Under the pieces are notes generated by a model that saw only the letters and a list, made by a program, of their open reading frames with translations, searched no databases and had not been told where the DNA came from. Made by a program: the position numbers and the translations under genes. Of a stretch of 64,000 nucleotides of DNA, positions 59,314 to 64,000 are shown piece after piece. Position 1 is the first letter of the stretch. Each line of letters begins with the position of its first letter. The DNA comes from Armatimonadota bacterium (GTDB lineage: Bacteria > Armatimonadota > UBA5829 > DTLH01): positions 1-64,000 of the forward strand of contig JBDKSP010000024.1 of assembly GCA_039680575.1 (NCBI GenBank), given 5' to 3'.

Positions 59314-60942
59314 TCAGTCGCTGAGTACTGTGGCTTTCAGGAATATTGCTATATCGGAATGCTCTTTGGTCTTTTCTCTGTGTTTGAACAGATTACCGAA
59401 GAACGGAAGGTCGCTGAGCAGCGGGACTTTTGTGAGATTGTTGAGCTCATTATCTTTGATAAGTCCGCCTATGATGATAGTATCGCCATCCTTTACTCTG
59501 ATCACATGATCCGTATACCGTCGGGATATCTGCGGGAGAGAACCTGATCCGGCTGACATCCAGGCCGTGATAGTGCTTACCTCTGGATGGAGCGCCATTG
59601 TGATATAGCCGTCATCATCCGGTCTGGCTATTACCCTAAGTGTAACTCCGACATTTGCCGTCTCTGTGGTGACATCCGAGCCGGTTAGAGTCTCCTCTGT
59701 TTTGATTATATATTTGACTTCATCACCTATGAAGATAACCGCTGGTTTACCTTCGATAGCAGCTACGGTCGGGTTGGCCAAAAGGTTTGCGTCGTCATCT
59801 TCAAGCATAGCATTGAGCTTGCCATCGATATCTATCGGCGTCCTGTTCCACTTGCCGCTTCCTCCACCGTCTGTATCCGTGCCTTCGCTGAATGAGATAT
59901 TGTCCCAACTCCAGGTGATACCAAGCCGCTTTTCAGCGCTGACTGTAATATCGGTGACTTTAATTTCGATAAGCACCTGCCTGGGTTTCACATCTACCTT
60001 GCCTATCAGCTCTTTTGCTTTGTATACGTCTTCAGCGCTGCCCGCGAGCACTATTGTCATAGGCTCTTCTTTGATTTCGGACTCATCATCGCCTGATTTG
60101 CTGGCTTTATCCACGAATGTTACACCTGACGGAGGTCTTTTATCGAACCCGTTAGCCGGTCCTACACTGGCAGCCAGTCTTGGTAGGACGGTCATAAGCA
60201 TTGTGGCAACATCTTTCGCGTTCGCATATTTGAGCCTGTATACTTCCACAATCTTGTTCCGTGATTCCAGGCTGAGAGAAAGCTCCACCTGGTTTATCAT
60301 TGCTTTGGCGGATTCCACGACGGCTTTAGGTCCTGTCAGCATAATCACCTTCGGCCCGGGCTGGTCTGCTTTTGCGCCGGTCGGTACGCACTTGAGACTC
60401 GGCAGGTTGGCAGTAAGAAGCTGGCCTATCTGATCAGGATTGGCATAGCTTATAACAACGGCTTCGGTTGTCGTATCCGCCTCTTCGCTTCCGAGCACAC
60501 CGGAGACTCCGGGTGTCGATCCGACGATGTAAGTGTTTCTTCCGACGGCTGCATATTTGAAACCGGATAATTTGGTGACCATATCGAGCGCTTCATGAAG
60601 CGACACTTTGTTCAGACTTACCGTGACCTGTCCCTTGACATCCGTTCCGGTAACGATATTTGTCCCGCTTTGCACGGAAAGCGCCTTGAGGACGTCCGCA
60701 ATATCGGCTGCATGGAAGTCCAGACAGATATTTCTGGGCTCCTGTGGCTGCTCGGCGCGGCTGGGAGCCATAGCGATCTGGTTTAGGTGTGGTTCAGCCA
60801 AAATCGGGGCTGACTGAATCCAGGCATTCTCGCTCCGTAATGCGGTCAGTGAATCCCCGGCGGCTATGGGCGCGGCAACCGTGATAATGAGTGCACACCA
60901 AAGCAGTCCCACGGATATCTTTCCGCTTAATCTAATTCGCAT
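59314..60942 (-). CDS. pilQ: Secretin (PilQ/GspD-like)
   Basis: STN and N domains, QVLIEIK, LANP, IIGGLI, KVPLLSDLPFFGNLFK. Confidence 0.85.
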   Translation of the reverse strand: MRIRLSGKISVGLLWCALIITVAAPIAAGDSLTALRSENAWIQSAPILAEPHLNQIAMAPSRAEQPQEPRNICLDFHAADIADVLKALSVQSGTNIVTGTDVKGQVTVSLNKVSLHEALDMVTKLSGFKYAAVGRNTYIVGSTPGVSGVLGSEEADTTTEAVVISYANPDQIGQLLTANLPSLKCVPTGAKADQPGPKVIMLTGPKAVVESAKAMINQVELSLSLESRNKIVEVYRLKYANAKDVATMLMTVLPRLAASVGPANGFDKRPPSGVTFVDKASKSGDDESEIKEEPMTIVLAGSAEDVYKAKELIGKVDVKPRQVLIEIKVTDITVSAEKRLGITWSWDNISFSEGTDTDGGGSGKWNRTPIDIDGKLNAMLEDDDANLLANPTVAAIEGKPAVIFIGDEVKYIIKTEETLTGSDVTTETANVGVTLRVIARPDDDGYITMALHPEVSTITAWMSAGSGSLPQISRRYTDHVIRVKDGDTIIIGGLIKDNELNNLTKVPLLSDLPFFGNLFKHREKTKEHSDIAIFLKATVLSD

Positions 60943-61588
60943 TCCCTTCTCCTCCTAGTTTCAAGAAGACACTTCGGCCGCCATGGTCCAGTCGGACTCC
61001 TTCCGACGACACTGAGACAACCTTATACTTTCCATTGATCAGTTGGCCCTCTTTAGCGATGTATCTGCTATCTTCGAGGCGGATGATGGCCACGTTCGTC
61101 CGCCCTGTAATTACTCCCGTCAGAACAAAAGCAGGAAATGCCTCTGCTTCAGGTGCATTCACAACTCTGCCGGTGGGCACTGCTTGTGCAGCGTTCTGTG
61201 GACCTGCGCCGACCGGCAATACCGGCAAAGGCATAACAGGTGTATTGATCGGATGAGTGTTCATCCCTGGCATTTGGGTCAGTTTCCTTATTGGCGGTAT
61301 ATACTGAATGTCTTTTCCAACCGTATCCATTGTAGGTGCGAATGGGTCACGTCTTGCTGCAGGCGACGAAGACGCAACATGTATGTCTATCACGGACGAA
61401 TCGTCGAGTGCAGCAGTCGATTCACCATTATTCGATGTTTTGCCGGTTGCAGCCGCAGCTTTTTGCTTTGTCTGCGTTTTGGCTGAGACGGGTTTGGAGC
61501 TGCTGGCCACTTTCATGACAACGAATGCCACGCATACAGCTACCAAAATACCAAAAACGATAACCTGAGAGGTCTGCTTATCCTTCAT
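60932..61588 (-). CDS. PilP-like assembly protein
   Basis: TM, RRDPF, LTGVI...AII beta domain; lies between pilO and the secretin. Confidence 0.6.
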   Translation of the reverse strand: MKDKQTSQVIVFGILVAVCVAFVVMKVASSSKPVSAKTQTKQKAAAATGKTSNNGESTAALDDSSVIDIHVASSSPAARRDPFAPTMDTVGKDIQYIPPIRKLTQMPGMNTHPINTPVMPLPVLPVGAGPQNAAQAVPTGRVVNAPEAEAFPAFVLTGVITGRTNVAIIRLEDSRYIAKEGQLINGKYKVVSVSSEGVRLDHGGRSVFLKLGGEGNAN

Positions 61589-62300
61589 TGTTTGACCTCC
61601 CCGTTGTCATCGCATTATTCGTTGCCGGAGGTGTGGATTCCGGTTTTCCAGTCTCCTTGCCGGTGTTATCTTTAAATATAAATGCAGTTACTACTAAATT
61701 GGCCTGCAGTTCGGGCGATCTGCGCCCTTCGGCCGCTTTTGTTGGCGACATTTGTAATTCCTTAACCGCTACGATTTTTGGGAACCTGGTAAGGCTCTCT
61801 ATAAAGTCATGCAGACACCAGTAGGAGCCTTGCAGCTGAATATCGATTTTCATTTCGTCGTAAGGCTTAGGCTTCTTCTTTTTGGCCGTTGCCGCTGAAC
61901 TCGATTTGCCTTCGGATTCATCCGATGCAGGTCTGACAGGAGCCGCCAGTTCGACAATAGGCTGAGGCCTTACCGAGATAACCTTCAGGTTATGCGATTT
62001 ACCTAATGCTTCCAGTTGTCCCAGGAGTGTCGGTATATAATCAGCAGTGGAGACGGATGTTTCGAGAAATCCAATCTCTCCCTGAGCTTTCAGATACGTT
62101 TCCTGCGCTTCTACCAGGCGTTTCACTATTTGTGTGCTGTCTCCAACCTGCTTCTGTTTATTCTGAAGCTGTGCTGTGGCAGACCCGAGTCGCCTGGAAC
62201 CGACTGTATAAGCAAGAATTGTCGACGCAAACAGCAGTCCTGCTATCACCGATAACAGTACAAGTGTTTTCGCGGTTGGCTTGATGGTGGGTGTTTTCAA
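61578..62300 (-). CDS. pilO: PilO-like protein
   Basis: TM, coiled coil, IPTLL, GSYWCLHDFIESLTRFPKIVAV. Confidence 0.8.
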   Translation of the reverse strand: MKTPTIKPTAKTLVLLSVIAGLLFASTILAYTVGSRRLGSATAQLQNKQKQVGDSTQIVKRLVEAQETYLKAQGEIGFLETSVSTADYIPTLLGQLEALGKSHNLKVISVRPQPIVELAAPVRPASDESEGKSSSAATAKKKKPKPYDEMKIDIQLQGSYWCLHDFIESLTRFPKIVAVKELQMSPTKAAEGRRSPELQANLVVTAFIFKDNTGKETGKPESTPPATNNAMTTGRSNNEG

Positions 62301-62890
62301 CTCTTTTCCACCTCCTTGCCGGTATCCTTCTTTGGAAGTTTGATACCTGCAACCATCTCGAATTCCACTGCAGTCAACGGTCCGACCACTGCTTGCTGTG
62401 TGTAGTGGAGATCGACATTGTTAAAATCGATGACGGTATCATGCAGTTTTAGCATTGTCTGCCCTACGAGTGATTGATCTGCTGAGACTCCATTTATGCT
62501 CACAGAAATATCAGAAAAATCAGCTGCGGTTGTTGTCGATATCCTTGTCAACCATGTCTTGTCCGGCAGGCTTGTGCTTAAAGCATTAAGTACGCGGCAC
62601 CACCTCAAGGTATCCGACTTTGCCTGGTTAAGTAATTCCAGCTTCGGAGCCAATTCTTTGGTTGATTTCTCATAGCTTTCGATCTTGTTTACCGTCGGCT
62701 GCAGCTTCGACAACTGCCTGTCCAGGTTGGTGATATTGGATTGCGTCCCTATCATTCTGGTAACGATGAGTGTGAAAATCGATACCACCACTGCGACCTC
62801 GACAACGATTACCAGCAGCAGTTTTCTTACATTCGATTCCAGGCGCTTCTTCTCCGCTCGCCTGGGTGCGATCATGTTAATTGAGGGCAT
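62297..62890 (-). CDS. pilN: PilN-like protein
   Basis: INMI(A)P N-terminal motif, TM, coiled coil, LPDKTWLT. Confidence 0.8.
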   Translation of the reverse strand: MPSINMIAPRRAEKKRLESNVRKLLLVIVVEVAVVVSIFTLIVTRMIGTQSNITNLDRQLSKLQPTVNKIESYEKSTKELAPKLELLNQAKSDTLRWCRVLNALSTSLPDKTWLTRISTTTAADFSDISVSINGVSADQSLVGQTMLKLHDTVIDFNNVDLHYTQQAVVGPLTAVEFEMVAGIKLPKKDTGKEVEKS

Positions 62891-62909
62891 ATCTTGAGCT
62901 CCTTTCCGC

Positions 62910-64000
62910 TCAGGCAGCGAACCGCTGCTTTGCTCTCGTCAGTTCCTCTTTAAGAGCCAGCCCCGTACCTACGACCAGCACCGGACCGTAATCATCGATG
63001 AACTCCTGAGTGAAACGTCCAAGAGATATGGATGCTTTAGAGAATGCATCGCTTATTTCTACCGGAATGTTCAGTTTAGATGCCACATAGGCTGCCATTC
63101 CAGGCATCCTGGCCGTTCCGCCCGTGAGCACGATTTGTGAAACCGACGCCTGCTCCGCTCCCTCAGGGAATTGAGATTGATAGTAATGAATAGACCTTCG
63201 GATCTCCCGCAGGAGTTCATCCAAAAGCGGCTGGACTACCCGCCAGCATTTGCTTTCGACTTCCTGCGTCGACAGCTTGTCGATCGAGTCCTGCATAGCC
63301 ATCTCGAATTTGAGCCGTTCGGCGTCATCGTAGGAGTACCCGGTCAGTGTTTTGATTGCGTTTGTAAAGCTGTCTCCGGCTATCGGGATACTTCTGGTCA
63401 GGGCAAAAGCGCCATTGGATACGATATTTACATCCGTATGGCTTGCACCCATATCGATGAGCGCTGCCGTCGCTGATGCCAACCCATTGTTCGTGTCCGA
63501 TTCAACAAGGGCTCGAATGATTGCGAATGCTTCCACATCGATGGCGACAGGCTCGATCCCCGCTGCTTCAAGGACGTTTACACGGCTTTCCACGAGGTCT
63601 TTTGGCGCTGCGACCAGCATGACATTCATCTGGTCGGTTCCTTCTATATCGCCGAGTATCTCGAACTCGACTACACTGTCATCCATCGATGCCGAGACAT
63701 ATTTGGCTGCCTCGAATTTGATGGATTTACGCAGGTTGGCTTCGCTCATCTTGGGAAGCTGTACCTGCCGGACGATAACCTGTGAACCTGTAATTGCCGC
63801 GACTGCGCCTGTACTGCGGATATTCGCCGAACGGAGAAGCGTTTTTATGGATTGAGCAACATCAAGGGTGTTGGTGATTACTCCATCGCGGCATGAGTCC
63901 AGCGGTGTGACTTGGAGCGCTGCATTTACCAGCCGGTAACCTGTCCCAAAAGGTTCAAGTTCAATGGCTTTAATATGACTGTTCCCAATGTCGATACCTA
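62910..64000 (-). CDS. pilM: PilM (5' end beyond window edge)
   Basis: Frame open to the edge reading GIDIGNSHIKAIEL; LIDMGASHT, LTGGTA actin-like motifs. Confidence 0.9.
   Translation of the reverse strand, partial: GIDIGNSHIKAIELEPFGTGYRLVNAALQVTPLDSCRDGVITNTLDVAQSIKTLLRSANIRSTGAVAAITGSQVIVRQVQLPKMSEANLRKSIKFEAAKYVSASMDDSVVEFEILGDIEGTDQMNVMLVAAPKDLVESRVNVLEAAGIEPVAIDVEAFAIIRALVESDTNNGLASATAALIDMGASHTDVNIVSNGAFALTRSIPIAGDSFTNAIKTLTGYSYDDAERLKFEMAMQDSIDKLSTQEVESKCWRVVQPLLDELLREIRRSIHYYQSQFPEGAEQASVSQIVLTGGTARMPGMAAYVASKLNIPVEISDAFSKASISLGRFTQEFIDDYGPVLVVGTGLALKEELTRAKQRFAA

Overview
Bacterial chromosomal window, mostly housekeeping with small accessory inserts. The gene mix (long membrane protein of DUF6785 type, TPR proteins, secretin-type pilus genes) suggests an Armatimonadota-like lineage; this is inference only. 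In order: an AT-rich XRE-ImmA/IrrE + PIN pair; clpB with an HspR-like (HAIR) operator; an AT-rich HicA-HicB-SecB toxin-antitoxin-chaperone triad; DUF1622, FKBP PPIase and two TPR genes; ruvC-hisG-ruvA-ruvB divergent from ligA-vanZ; a LacI-controlled amino-sugar/aminocyclitol-type catabolic cluster; miaB, a flavin reductase and an ABC-F; an IS110 remnant; a kdp operon with split KdpD and three small membrane peptides; a GAF-GAF-GGDEF-REC-HD-GYP protein; an AmmeMemoRadiSam radical SAM enzyme; DsbA-like + CsoR-like genes; iorAB; and a type IV pilus cluster (pilM-N-O-P-Q, pilB-T-C). The top candidate for an undescribed system is the gene at the end of the pilus cluster: a SigB/F-type sigma factor fused to a catalytically degenerate GGDEF domain that keeps its RxxD I-site, i.e. 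a possible one-component c-di-GMP-sensing sigma factor. Sigma28-like promoter boxes link it to pilB and the GGDEF/HD-GYP gene. Intergenic DNA carries several nested, dispersed palindromic repeat families. No rRNA, tRNA or CRISPR array was seen. All calls are by-eye motif recognition; no database searches were run.
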